48,776 nt of DNA from an uncultured Clostridia bacterium (lineage in GTDB: Bacteria > Bacillota > Clostridia > Christensenellales > UBA1242), in the NCBI GenBank assembly GCA_944384425.1, contig CALWTI010000003.1, positions 1-48,776 of the forward strand, read 5' to 3'. The translations under genes and the position numbers were made by a program. Positions 21,058 to 30,421 of the stretch are shown piece after piece. The notes beneath the pieces were generated by a model. The model was not told where the DNA came from and ran no database searches. It saw only the letters and a program-made list of their open reading frames with translations. Positions within the stretch are counted from its first letter, which is position 1. Every line of letters begins with the position of its first letter.

Positions 21058-21531
21058 ATGTTGAAAAAGAGGACAAAAATTATTATTTTGGTTGCTATGG
21101 TACTACTACTTGGAGTTACGGGATATTTAAACATTGCATTAAACAACAATGTGACAACACCAACATCTGGCACAGTTACACAAATGAATTATTTTGACAC
21201 ATATAGAGAAGACAGGCAAACAACTCGCGACCAAGAACTTTTGTATTATGACGCAATTATAAATTCTGAGGATTCAACAGCTGAGGCAAAAGCTAATGCA
21301 GAAGCTATGAAGCTTGAAATTGTTGACCAAATGGAGTCAGAACTTGTTATGGAAGGACTTATCAAAGCAAAAGGGTTTGAGGACGCCATTGTCACAACAT
21401 CTGCAAATAACATAAATGTCATAGTTAAGTGTGCAAGCCTTGAAAGCTCACAAGTTGCTCAAATTGTTTCAATAGTCCAAGAACAGACACAAAAATCTAT
21501 TGATAATATTAAAATAATTCCCGTAGAATAA
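21058..21531 (+). CDS. spoIIIAH: Stage III sporulation protein AH
   Basis: MLKKRTKIIILVAM N-terminal TM; operon position. Confidence 0.82.
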   Translation: MLKKRTKIIILVAMVLLLGVTGYLNIALNNNVTTPTSGTVTQMNYFDTYREDRQTTRDQELLYYDAIINSEDSTAEAKANAEAMKLEIVDQMESELVMEGLIKAKGFEDAIVTTSANNINVIVKCASLESSQVAQIVSIVQEQTQKSIDNIKIIPVE

Positions 21532-21607
21532 TTGCAAAAGTTTTTTAGGTATGTTATATTATTAAAAAATGGTGTAAACCTAATAATATAACAAAGCGAG
21601 GGCATTA

Positions 21608-21982
21608 GTGTCACAACTATATAATGAACTTCAAGAAGATAAAGGTAAAATAACTTGCGATAGAAATATTTTATTGTCCATAATCTCATTGGCAACAAAA
21701 GAGATAAGCGGTGTTTCCAGCTTGCAAGATAGTTTTTCGATGAAATTAAAAAAGTTGTTTTCAAAGTCAGATTCAACTGGCGTCAAACTAAAAATCGCTC
21801 AAAATGGTCAACTTATTATTGATGTGTATATAAGAATTTACAGTGGAAACAACGTTCCTGATATTGCATACAGAGTTCAGGACAACATCAAAAACAACAT
21901 AGTTTCTATGGTTGAGATGAGGGTTAATAAAATAAACATTCATATCGTAGGTGTTGATTTTAAAGCAGAGGAGCAAAATTAA
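21608..21982 (+). CDS. Asp23/Gls24-family (alkaline shock) protein
   Basis: ISLATKEISGV motif; conserved position before nusB; GTG start. Confidence 0.8.
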   Translation: MSQLYNELQEDKGKITCDRNILLSIISLATKEISGVSSLQDSFSMKLKKLFSKSDSTGVKLKIAQNGQLIIDVYIRIYSGNNVPDIAYRVQDNIKNNIVSMVEMRVNKINIHIVGVDFKAEEQN

Positions 21983-22006
21983 TCCACTATAAAAAGTGGA
22001 TTTTTT
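21982..22006 (+). terminator. Rho-independent terminator
   Basis: atccact-ataaaa-agtggat followed by T6. Confidence 0.75.
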
Positions 22007-22021
22007 GTGTGGAGAAAAGAT

Positions 22022-22411
22022 ATGCGAGCATACGCAAGAGAAATTGTTTTTTGTAAAGTATTTGAAACACTTTTTGGTTCAACAACCAACGAAGGTGATA
22101 TTTTTGATTTTGAACAATTGACAAAACCTGATGACATTGAGTTTGCCAAAATACTTTTGTCATGTTGTCTTGATAATATAAGCGACATAGAAAGTGTTAT
22201 CTCTTCAAACCTTAAAGACTACACTCTTGATAGATTATATAGAGTAGATAGGGCAATTCTTGATGTTGCAATTGCAGAGATAAAATACTATAAGCAAACA
22301 CCACCAAAAGTTGTGATAAATGAGGCGGTTAATTTAGCTAAAAAATATGGGAGCGAAAAAAGCTACGCTTTCGTCAATGGTTTACTTAAAAACGTCATAG
22401 GGGAGATTTAG
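22022..22411 (+). CDS. nusB: Transcription antitermination factor NusB
   Basis: MRAYAREIVF start with ggagaaaag SD; DRAILDVAIAEI; position before xseA. Confidence 0.88.
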   Translation: MRAYAREIVFCKVFETLFGSTTNEGDIFDFEQLTKPDDIEFAKILLSCCLDNISDIESVISSNLKDYTLDRLYRVDRAILDVAIAEIKYYKQTPPKVVINEAVNLAKKYGSEKSYAFVNGLLKNVIGEI

Positions 22412-23587
22412 GTGGAACAAAAAGCGTTGACGGTAACCCAAATTTCAACATACTTTAAGCAAATCTTCGACGCTGAAGAAATGCTTTTCAATGTCCGTGT
22501 AATTGGCGAAATTTCAGGGCTAAGCGTGGTTAGAGGCATTGCGTATTTTGTTTTGAAAGATGAAAATGCCACAATGTCCTGCGTGTGTTTCGACACTTCT
22601 AATTTTTCATATCAAAATGGTGATAAGGTTATTTTGACTGGCACGCCTAGATATTACATTAAGGGCGGGAAGCTTAATTTTAATGTTCAAAAGATTGAAA
22701 AGTCAGGACTTGGCGAACTATATCAACAATTTTTAAAGCTTAAAGAAAGTCTTGAAAAAGAAGGTTATTTTGATATTGCACATAAAATCGAAATGCCAAA
22801 AAACATCAAGCGTATTGGTGTTGTGACAAGTAGAGAGGGTGCAGTTATTCAAGACATTATAAATGTTAGGACAAGGCGAAATCCATACATTGATATTGTG
22901 CTTTATCCTGTTAAAGTGCAAGGCTATGAGGCTGAGTATGAAATTGCCAAAGGCATTAAATTTTTGGACGATTATGATGTTGATTTGATTATTGTTGCCC
23001 GTGGTGGTGGCTCTTTGGAAGACCTTGCTCCATTTAACACAAAAGTGGTGGCTGACGCAGTTTATGGTGCGAAGAAGTTTGTGCTTTCAGCAGTTGGCCA
23101 CGAAACAGATTTTACTATTTGCGATTTTTGTAGTGATTTAAGAGCTCCAACTCCTAGTGCGGCTGCCGAACTCGTTTGCAAAAACATGAGTGAGCAAATA
23201 GACAAATTCCAATCACTTTTGCCAAGGCTAAGACAAGCTATTCAAGAAGTTTATGTTAATAAATTTACAATGTACACAAGTCAAGCAAAAGATTTGTTGC
23301 ATTATTTTGAGGGCAAAAATTCAGCATATCAAACTGTATTATTAAAGCTTTTAATGAAACTAAAATATAATGCCGAAAAGTTTAATAATGATATTATGAA
23401 CAAATTTAGTGTACTCTTTAATAAACTTAATAAGCTAAATCCAAATGAGGCATTGAAACTTGGTTATGCAGTAATAAAAAAGCAAAATCAAATAAAGTCG
23501 GTTGATGAAGTAAATGTGGGCGATAATATTGTTGTTGAAATGTTAGACGGCGTGATTGGCGCCACTGTTACCAAAAAGGAGAAATAA
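22412..23587 (+). CDS. xseA: Exodeoxyribonuclease VII large subunit
   Basis: N-terminal OB region; VARGGGSLEDL motif; followed by xseB. Confidence 0.92.
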   Translation: MEQKALTVTQISTYFKQIFDAEEMLFNVRVIGEISGLSVVRGIAYFVLKDENATMSCVCFDTSNFSYQNGDKVILTGTPRYYIKGGKLNFNVQKIEKSGLGELYQQFLKLKESLEKEGYFDIAHKIEMPKNIKRIGVVTSREGAVIQDIINVRTRRNPYIDIVLYPVKVQGYEAEYEIAKGIKFLDDYDVDLIIVARGGGSLEDLAPFNTKVVADAVYGAKKFVLSAVGHETDFTICDFCSDLRAPTPSAAAELVCKNMSEQIDKFQSLLPRLRQAIQEVYVNKFTMYTSQAKDLLHYFEGKNSAYQTVLLKLLMKLKYNAEKFNNDIMNKFSVLFNKLNKLNPNEALKLGYAVIKKQNQIKSVDEVNVGDNIVVEMLDGVIGATVTKKEK

Positions 23588-23794
23588 ATGAATTTTGAAG
23601 AAAAATTAAAAAGGCTTGAAGAAATTGTGTCGCAGCTTGAAAGTGGAGAATGTTCTTTTGACCAAGCAATAAAGTTATTTGAAGAAGGAAAGGATATTGC
23701 AAAAGCTTGCTCTGAAATTTTGGATGCAAACAAGGGCAAAATCACAGAACTTGTCACAGAACTTGATGGCATTGTTGAGCGTGAAATGAAGTGA
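23588..23794 (+). CDS. xseB: Exodeoxyribonuclease VII small subunit
   Basis: FEEKLKRLEEIVSQLESGE; 68 aa. Confidence 0.92.
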   Translation: MNFEEKLKRLEEIVSQLESGECSFDQAIKLFEEGKDIAKACSEILDANKGKITELVTELDGIVEREMK

Positions 23795-23802
23795 TAAATC
23801 GC

Positions 23803-23831
23803 TTGAATTTTACATATATATATGATATAAT
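23803..23831 (+). promoter_or_regulatory. Near-consensus sigma-A promoter with extended -10
   Basis: TTGAAT, 17-nt spacer, TGaTATAAT; predicted start near 23837. Confidence 0.7.
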
Positions 23832-23835
23832 AAAA

Positions 23836-24413
23836 ATGAAGGTGCAGTATTCTAGTCAGTCTTAGCTGTTTGGAAGTTGATACAAAAAGCAACGAAGGGC
23901 ACAACTGTGAAGTTTCTGGTGCGTGCTTCGATTGCCCAAATTGGGGTGCGTGCTGGAAGTTAAGATTATTGGGCGAGTTATAACGGCATATAACCCCCGA
24001 CCCAATTTTCGCGGAGACCCAAAAGGGTGGCATGATAATTTTGTGGCACTGTTTGGGAAGAACCTGCATTGCGGTGAAACAAAAATAGCTGTGTGCAGCG
24101 TAGCCTGCTTTGAGTGGACTTGTAGGGATAGTGCGTTAAGGTAATTTAAAGACCGGCCAATCGATAAATCTACTTTGTATTTGAAATCAAGTTTGCAAAA
24201 AAAGCTAAGAACAGCTTAGACTGTCAAGGAAAACTTCTAGACTGTGACTTATGTCAAACATTTTGGGGATTATAGTGTGGTCTTAGTGGCGATTCGGTGT
24301 AAGCCTTTGCTTAAAAGGAAACTGCCCATACGGTGACGGTGGGTGCGAAGTTTGGGGAAATCCTACCGAACCTATGCCACAAGGTTTACTCAAAGTGTTA
24401 CCTTCATTTTTTT
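23836..24413 (+). ncRNA. Large (~580 nt) structured non-coding RNA, candidate OLE-like RNA
   Basis: No credible ORF. Hand count gives ~47% G+C in 23881-24000 against AT-rich flanks. Has its own promoter and a terminal T-run. Long-range pairings are 23836-43 with 24400-07 and 23857-68 with 24212-23 (11/12). Context xseB-RNA-membrane protein-argR-recN matches the ole/oapA locus. Confidence 0.6.
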
Positions 24414-24433
24414 ATTTATAAAAAGGAATTAAA

Positions 24434-25162
24434 GTGAAAAAGAAACCTAACCCGAAAAGCAAAACTGTAAAAAAACAAAATCAAAACAATAAACAACTTG
24501 TATGGTCGCTGAAAGTGCTTGTGCTATCGTTTGCTCTTTCTATGTGCTTTGGCGTGCTGAGCGAATTTTTTCTAAGTGGCACAGGAATAGTCATTGCGGT
24601 ACTTGTCATTGTCGTGTTTATGTCAATTTCTATTTTGACAGATATGATTGGTGTTGCTGTGACCGCTGCCGACATTCAGCCGTTTAGAGCTATGGCGTCA
24701 AAAAAGATTAGGGGAGCGAAAGAAGCGATAAAACTAATAAAAAACGCTGATAAGTTTACAAGCATTATTGCCGACGTCGTCGGTGACGTGTGCGGAATTT
24801 TGTCAGGTGCTGCCGGTGCAAGTATTATAGTTAAAATCGCCATTGATTCAGAATCTGCTCTTGGTATAATTATTGCGTCGCTGGTCAGTGCGGTAATTGC
24901 TAGTATGACAATATTTGGAAAATCACTAGGCAAGAAGTACGCAATGAAAAATTGCAATAAGATAATGCTTGTTGTTGGTAGAGTGATGAGCTGGTTTACT
25001 CCTCAGGGCAAAAAATCAAAGAAGTCTGAAACAAAAGAAGAACAAACAAAAGTAGAAGAGAAACAACTTTCGCTCGATGAAGAAGAAAGCCAAATCTCAC
25101 AAGATTCAAAAGGTGAGGATGAACAATCTACCAATAATCAAAATACAGACAGTGATAAATGA
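24434..25162 (+). CDS. 4-TM membrane protein with K/E/Q-rich tail, candidate OapA-like partner of the upstream RNA
   Basis: GTG start with aaagga SD; TM segments; conserved-looking IIADVVGDVCGILSGAAG; directly downstream of the RNA. Confidence 0.5.
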   Translation: MKKKPNPKSKTVKKQNQNNKQLVWSLKVLVLSFALSMCFGVLSEFFLSGTGIVIAVLVIVVFMSISILTDMIGVAVTAADIQPFRAMASKKIRGAKEAIKLIKNADKFTSIIADVVGDVCGILSGAAGASIIVKIAIDSESALGIIIASLVSAVIASMTIFGKSLGKKYAMKNCNKIMLVVGRVMSWFTPQGKKSKKSETKEEQTKVEEKQLSLDEEESQISQDSKGEDEQSTNNQNTDSDK

Positions 25163-25228
25163 GCTTGGCTTGGCAAGTAGGGTGAACATATAAAACGTTC
25201 AAATTGATAAGAGTTTGAAGAAGTAAGG

Positions 25229-25256
25229 GAATGTCGAATTACGGCATTCTTTTTTT
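25229..25256 (+). terminator. Rho-independent terminator
   Basis: gaatgtcg-aatta-cggcattc followed by T7. Confidence 0.8.
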
Positions 25257-25269
25257 GTTTTTTATAGTA

Positions 25270-25425
25270 TGCATAATTATTACATACCAATTTTATTTTT
25301 ATAAAATTTGTGAATATTCATAAAAAATCAAATGAATAATTATGCAAAAAATGCTTGCATAATTATAAATTACATTGTATAATAATTCCAAACTGGTTGA
25401 ATAAATATGCGTGCATAATTATTCA
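25270..25425 (+). promoter_or_regulatory. Cluster of ARG-box-like operators upstream of argR
   Basis: TGCATAATTATTAC (25270), TGAATATTCA (25311), TGAATAATTATGCA (25333), TGCATAATTATAAA (25356), TGAATAAATATGC (25398), TGCATAATTATTCA (25412). Confidence 0.65.
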
Positions 25426-25481
25426 TAGACGGCTGAATGCCTTTATTTATAAGAGTTTCAGCGTTTAAAGGAGATACAAAA

Positions 25482-25934
25482 GTGGCAAGGTCATCACGAC
25501 AATCTAAGATTTTGGAATTGATATCGACAAAGGAGATTTCATCTCAAGACGAGCTGGTTGCTTGTTTAAAAGCAGCAAATTTTGATATCACACAGGCGAC
25601 TATTTCAAGAGATATAAAAGAACTTGGTCTAATCAAAATTCAAACTCCTGACGGTAAATACAAATATTCTTTAATGGAATCAACTGACCAAAGCGTTTCT
25701 AACAAAAACATTTCAATTTTCAGAGAATCTGTTATTTCGATAAAACCTGCGGGCAACTTGTGTGTTATAAAGACAGTCAAAGGTCTTGCTAGCGGAATTT
25801 GTGCAATCATAGACAAACTTAATGTCGAAGATGTTATGGGTTCTGTTTATGGAGACGATACAGTTATGGTAATAATGCCAACTTCACTTTCTGCACAAAA
25901 AGCTTCGGCAACACTTGAACAATTTATAAGATAA
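25482..25934 (+). CDS. argR: Arginine repressor
   Basis: GTG 25482 after aaaggaga SD; RQSKILELI wHTH; C-terminal GDDTVMVI motif. Confidence 0.9.
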   Translation: MARSSRQSKILELISTKEISSQDELVACLKAANFDITQATISRDIKELGLIKIQTPDGKYKYSLMESTDQSVSNKNISIFRESVISIKPAGNLCVIKTVKGLASGICAIIDKLNVEDVMGSVYGDDTVMVIMPTSLSAQKASATLEQFIR

Positions 25935-25938
25935 GATT

Positions 25939-27621
25939 ATGTTACAAAAGTTATTGATAAAAAATTTTGCTATAATTGAAAACACAAGCCTTGAATTTTG
26001 CCAAGGCTTCAATGTTTTGATTGGTGAAACAGGTGCTGGAAAAAGTATTGTTTTGGATGCACTTAAATTTGTTCTTGGTGCTAAGGCGCAAAGAGAAGAT
26101 ATTAGAAATGGCGAAAATGAAATTTTTGTTAAAGCCACCTTTGTTGATGTTGGACACTCAACAGTAAATAAACTCAAAGAGCTTGACATTGAATGTGATG
26201 ATGTTTTGCTCATTAGTCGTACATATAATGTAGATGGCAAATCATCGGTTAAAGTCAACGGAGAAGTTGTTAGTGTTTCAATGCTAAGAGAAATTGGCGA
26301 AACTCTTTATGATATGTTTGGTCAACATGATAGTATCGAACTTTTAAACATTAAAAATCATTTAAAGCTTTTGGATAGTTTTGATAATGAAATGCTTGTT
26401 AAAGACAAGGAAAACATAAAATCGTTACTTTCAAACCTAAAATCTTTGCAAAGCCAAATCAACGAAATTGGTGGAGCTGGTGAGGATAGAGAGCGAACTT
26501 TGGATTTGCTTAAATACCAAATAGATGAGATTAAAAACGCCAATTTAAGCGTTGGTGAAGACGAACAACTTGACAATCAAATATCAAAGCTTTCAAATGC
26601 AGAGAAAATATCTTCCGCATTAAACATTAGCCTTAATAGTTTAAATTCAGCCGAGATATCAAACGCACTTTCATCTATGTCATCAATTTTGTCATATAGT
26701 CCCGAAATCTCTTCTGCTTATGATAGGCTCAAAAGCGTTGAAATAGAACTTGAGGACATAGAACAATCTATGCAAGAGGTATTAAGCTCGCTTGAATTTT
26801 CTGAGCAAGATTTAGACAATTTGGTTTTAAGACAAGAGCAGATAAAATCACTAAAAAGAAAATACGGGTCAACCATTGATGAGATTTTGACATATATCAA
26901 AAATGCCGAAACAAAATATGACAATATTTTGAACGCTGAAAGTACCTTGGCAAAACTCGATGCCGAAAAACAAAAGATAAATAGTGCAATTTATGATGCG
27001 AGTTTGTCACTGCATGAAAAGCGAGTTAAAATTGCAAATGCCCTTGAAAAGCAAGTTTTCCAACAACTTGCTGACTTGAAAATGGAAAACACGACATTCA
27101 AAGTTGGCTTCAAGCCAATATCTGAAAGCGCGGATAATGTCTATACCGTCGACGGACTTGATAAAGTTGAGTTTTTGTTCTCTGCAAACAAAGGTGAGGC
27201 TGAGAAGAGTTTGTCAAAGACCATATCTGGTGGTGAAATGAGCAGGTTTATGCTTGCGATTAAGACAGTGCTTGGCACAAAAGACGATGTCAAAACACTT
27301 GTCTTTGACGAAATTGATAGTGGTGTCAGTGGTGAGGTTGGGTATAAAGTTGGTGAAAAATTGTATTCACTTTCAACATCATCGCAAGTTATTTGTATAA
27401 CCCATTTGCCACAAGTCACCGCTCTTGCTGATAGACATATTTACATACATAAAGAAGTTGAAAATGGCAAAACAAAAAGCTGTGCAAAAGTGCTGGAAAG
27501 AGATGATTTGATTAAATATCTATCAACACTTTTGGGTGGTTATGATAGTGATACATCAAAACTTCACGCAAAAGAACTACTTGATTTAGCAAGTGAAAAG
27601 AAAGCTGATTTGAATAAATAA
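25939..27621 (+). CDS. recN: DNA repair protein RecN
   Basis: GETGAGKSI Walker A; SGGEMSRFMLAI; LVFDEIDSG. Confidence 0.93.
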   Translation: MLQKLLIKNFAIIENTSLEFCQGFNVLIGETGAGKSIVLDALKFVLGAKAQREDIRNGENEIFVKATFVDVGHSTVNKLKELDIECDDVLLISRTYNVDGKSSVKVNGEVVSVSMLREIGETLYDMFGQHDSIELLNIKNHLKLLDSFDNEMLVKDKENIKSLLSNLKSLQSQINEIGGAGEDRERTLDLLKYQIDEIKNANLSVGEDEQLDNQISKLSNAEKISSALNISLNSLNSAEISNALSSMSSILSYSPEISSAYDRLKSVEIELEDIEQSMQEVLSSLEFSEQDLDNLVLRQEQIKSLKRKYGSTIDEILTYIKNAETKYDNILNAESTLAKLDAEKQKINSAIYDASLSLHEKRVKIANALEKQVFQQLADLKMENTTFKVGFKPISESADNVYTVDGLDKVEFLFSANKGEAEKSLSKTISGGEMSRFMLAIKTVLGTKDDVKTLVFDEIDSGVSGEVGYKVGEKLYSLSTSSQVICITHLPQVTALADRHIYIHKEVENGKTKSCAKVLERDDLIKYLSTLLGGYDSDTSKLHAKELLDLASEKKADLNK

Positions 27622-27669
27622 CAAAAAAGCATATAAACTACCTTATAGATTTTTAAAGGTGGTTTTTTT

Positions 27670-28884
27670 ATGGTTAAAAAGATTGTACTTAAATTATTTG
27701 GTGTGTTGTTGGCTGTTTGTTTTGTCATAACTATAAAAAATGTTGATTTTGAAAGTATAGTAGCACTATGTGACGATACGCCCATAACGCTAGAAACTTT
27801 GGACAAGTTAAATAGCGAGCATTTGCTTGGAAATTTTGTGGATACAAAGCTGACGGAAGATATTTGGACAACGGGTGGAGTAAAAGAAAAGTCAACTTCT
27901 TTGGTGGTTAAACTATTTGGTTTTATCCCTATAAAAAAGACCACCGTTGTGGTGTGTGATGATGAGTCTGTGTATCTTGGAGGAGTGCCACTTGGTTTTA
28001 GTGTTTCAACAAAGGGAGTTATTGTTGTTGGTTCAAATAGCGTTTTGACCGATGAGGGTAAGAAGACCAATACAGAACTTGAAAATGGTGATATAGTCAC
28101 GAAAGTCAACGGCATTGATATCTTTAATGTTGAAGACATAAAAGAACAACTCGATAAAAGTAATGGCAATGATGTTGAGGTGACATATTTAAGAAATAAC
28201 AAAGAACACAAGTGCAGTTTAACGCCAATTTTAGATTCTGAAAGTGGTGAATATAAACTCGGCATTTGGATAAGAAATGACGCTCAAGGAATAGGCACAC
28301 TTACATTTGTTACTGAAGATAATGACTTTGGTGCGCTTGGCCATGCAATAACTGACTTTGAAACAGGTGCGACAGTGCCTGTTAGTGATGGGAATATCTA
28401 TCCTTGCACTATGCTTGGAATAACAAAGGGGAGTAAAGGCAAGGCAGGCGAACTTAGATGCTTGTTCGTCGAAGGTTCAATGTCAAATGGAACAGTAGAG
28501 AAAAATACCACTTGTGGAGTATTTGGTGACATCAACGAAGATACCACTCTTGTGGACAAAAATTTAAGTTGTCCAATTGCTTCAAGGCTTGTGGTCAAAG
28601 TTGGTAAAGCGAAATTGATTAGTGCAGTGAGTGGCATAAGGGAAGAGTATGATATTGAAATTATAAAAACATACAATCAACATTCTACAAATGACAAAAG
28701 TTTTATTTTTAGAGTTAAAGATGAAAGACTGCTTAATTTGACAGGCGGAATTGTTCAAGGAATGAGTGGTTCACCCATTGTTCAAGACGGTAAACTCATA
28801 GGCGCAGTAACACACGTGTTTTTGTATGACCCAACAAAGGGTTATGGCGTTTATGCCGATTTTATGCTTGATGAAGTTTCTTGA
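27670..28884 (+). CDS. spoIVB: SpoIVB peptidase (S55) with PDZ
   Basis: GIGTLTF, GALGH and QGMSGSPI motifs; position after recN. Confidence 0.88.
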   Translation: MVKKIVLKLFGVLLAVCFVITIKNVDFESIVALCDDTPITLETLDKLNSEHLLGNFVDTKLTEDIWTTGGVKEKSTSLVVKLFGFIPIKKTTVVVCDDESVYLGGVPLGFSVSTKGVIVVGSNSVLTDEGKKTNTELENGDIVTKVNGIDIFNVEDIKEQLDKSNGNDVEVTYLRNNKEHKCSLTPILDSESGEYKLGIWIRNDAQGIGTLTFVTEDNDFGALGHAITDFETGATVPVSDGNIYPCTMLGITKGSKGKAGELRCLFVEGSMSNGTVEKNTTCGVFGDINEDTTLVDKNLSCPIASRLVVKVGKAKLISAVSGIREEYDIEIIKTYNQHSTNDKSFIFRVKDERLLNLTGGIVQGMSGSPIVQDGKLIGAVTHVFLYDPTKGYGVYADFMLDEVS

Positions 28885-28919
28885 CGAATAATTGGGTTTT
28901 TTGTGAATAAACATATTAT

Positions 28920-29543
28920 ATGAAATCTAAAATGTTTGCAAAAAATCTGTATACGATGAGATATTCTCTCAAAGAATTTTGCGTTCAGAACAAATATAAA
29001 ATAATATTTTGCATCGTGTTTTGTTTGGTCGGCTTGCTTACAGGGATTTTGACTGCTATCAAAATTTTTGGAATTGACGAAGAAGAAATTTTTGAAAGTT
29101 TTAACTTAACGTATCAACTTGACGACCTTGAGAACTTTTCCGCTAATTTTTTTGGAAGGCTACTTTCTTATGAACTAGTGTTAATAATACTTGCAATTTT
29201 TTCACTACATCCTTCGCTATATGTTTTTGGTTGGTGTTTACTTGCTTATAGAACATTTTTGATAGCAGTTAACTGTACAATGATACTGCTTTGGTTTAGT
29301 TTTAATGGGGTGATAAAAGCTTTGCTTATTTTGTTGCCTTGCCAATTGCTTATGCTCGCCGTGATGATTGCATTTTTCTGTTATGTGAGTTATCAAATGA
29401 AAAATTGTAAATATTTAAAGCGTAGCAGATTAAAATCTATTTTGTATCCTTTTGTTATAGCTTCGCTTCTACTAACTATTATAAATTTGCTAGAAACTAC
29501 GCTATTATTTATTTTTAGGAGTAATGTTATACTTGTGATTTAA
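28920..29543 (+). CDS. spoIIM: Stage II sporulation protein M-like membrane protein
   Basis: About 207 aa with 5 predicted TM segments; N-terminal layout resembles SpoIIM. Confidence 0.55.
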   Translation: MKSKMFAKNLYTMRYSLKEFCVQNKYKIIFCIVFCLVGLLTGILTAIKIFGIDEEEIFESFNLTYQLDDLENFSANFFGRLLSYELVLIILAIFSLHPSLYVFGWCLLAYRTFLIAVNCTMILLWFSFNGVIKALLILLPCQLLMLAVMIAFFCYVSYQMKNCKYLKRSRLKSILYPFVIASLLLTIINLLETTLLFIFRSNVILVI

Positions 29544-29561
29544 TTTGACAATAAATTATTT

Positions 29562-30374
29562 ATGAAATATACTTTAATTATGAAATGTAATAAAGCAAAA
29601 AAAATTGCAGAGATATTGAAAAAGAAATATAAAATAGGCAATATCGACTATGCCATAGTGGCTGGTTCTGGGCTTTTAGATGCTGTGGTTGACCTTGAAG
29701 ACATAACCATAGTACCTTATGATAAAATAAGAATGCCTAAATCTCGTGTGAGTGGACACAGTGGAAAGTTTATTTTTGGAAAATATTGCGGTAAAAATGT
29801 TGCCGTCGTGTCGAGAGTTCACTACTATGAGTATGGCGATATGAACAAAGTTAGATTGCCATATGAAGTGCTTTCATATCTTGACACAAAAAAGGTTATT
29901 CTTTTGACTGCTTCTGGTGGAATAAACAAGACATTTAGAGTGGGCGATATAATGCTTATATCCGACCACATTAACTTCACAGGGCAAAATCCACTTGTTG
30001 CAATTAAAGACCTTAAATTTACATCAATGACAAACGCTTATGATAAAGATATGTTTAATAAGATGGCTCAAATTGCTGATGAAAATGACATAAATGTTAG
30101 ACAGGGAGTGCATATACAATTTTTGGGGCCAAGCTATGAAACTATGGCAGAGATTGCGTTCGCAAAATCAATTGGTGCAGATAGTGTATCGATGAGTACT
30201 GTATTTGATTGCATCATATGCAACTACCTTGGTATGAAAGTTGCAGGAATTGCAAGCATTGTCAATGTGTTCTCGGGTAATGATGAAAACTTAGATCACA
30301 AAAAAGTGCTTGATGATGCACAAAAAACTTGTCAAAAAATAAAAATAATATTATCTGAGTTATTAAAAGAATAA
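29562..30374 (+). CDS. punA: Purine nucleoside phosphorylase (PunA/PupG type)
   Basis: SGHSGKFIFG, SDHINFTGQNPL and SMSTV segments; start uncertain (29562 or 29580). Confidence 0.85.
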   Translation: MKYTLIMKCNKAKKIAEILKKKYKIGNIDYAIVAGSGLLDAVVDLEDITIVPYDKIRMPKSRVSGHSGKFIFGKYCGKNVAVVSRVHYYEYGDMNKVRLPYEVLSYLDTKKVILLTASGGINKTFRVGDIMLISDHINFTGQNPLVAIKDLKFTSMTNAYDKDMFNKMAQIADENDINVRQGVHIQFLGPSYETMAEIAFAKSIGADSVSMSTVFDCIICNYLGMKVAGIASIVNVFSGNDENLDHKKVLDDAQKTCQKIKIILSELLKE

Positions 30375-30421
30375 ATTTAAACATTTTGAAAAAACTACTC
30401 AATAAAAGGAGTAGTTTTTTT

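Noticed and set aside
23488-24144. 193-aa minus-strand ORF and 73-aa plus-strand ORF across the xseB / large-RNA region
   Set aside because: No SD and odd composition. They overlap xseB and the structured RNA and are best explained as chance ORFs in a GC-richer non-coding segment.
23836-24413. RNase P RNA, tmRNA or 6S as the identity of the large RNA
   Set aside because: I could not find the RNase P GAGGAAAGTCC-type P4 motif, a tmRNA tag ORF with a tRNA-like end, or a 6S-like size. The size and synteny fit OLE better.
25437-25481. Upstream extension of argR
   Set aside because: GTG 25482 follows aaaggaga and yields a normal-length ArgR. The extension overlaps the operator array.
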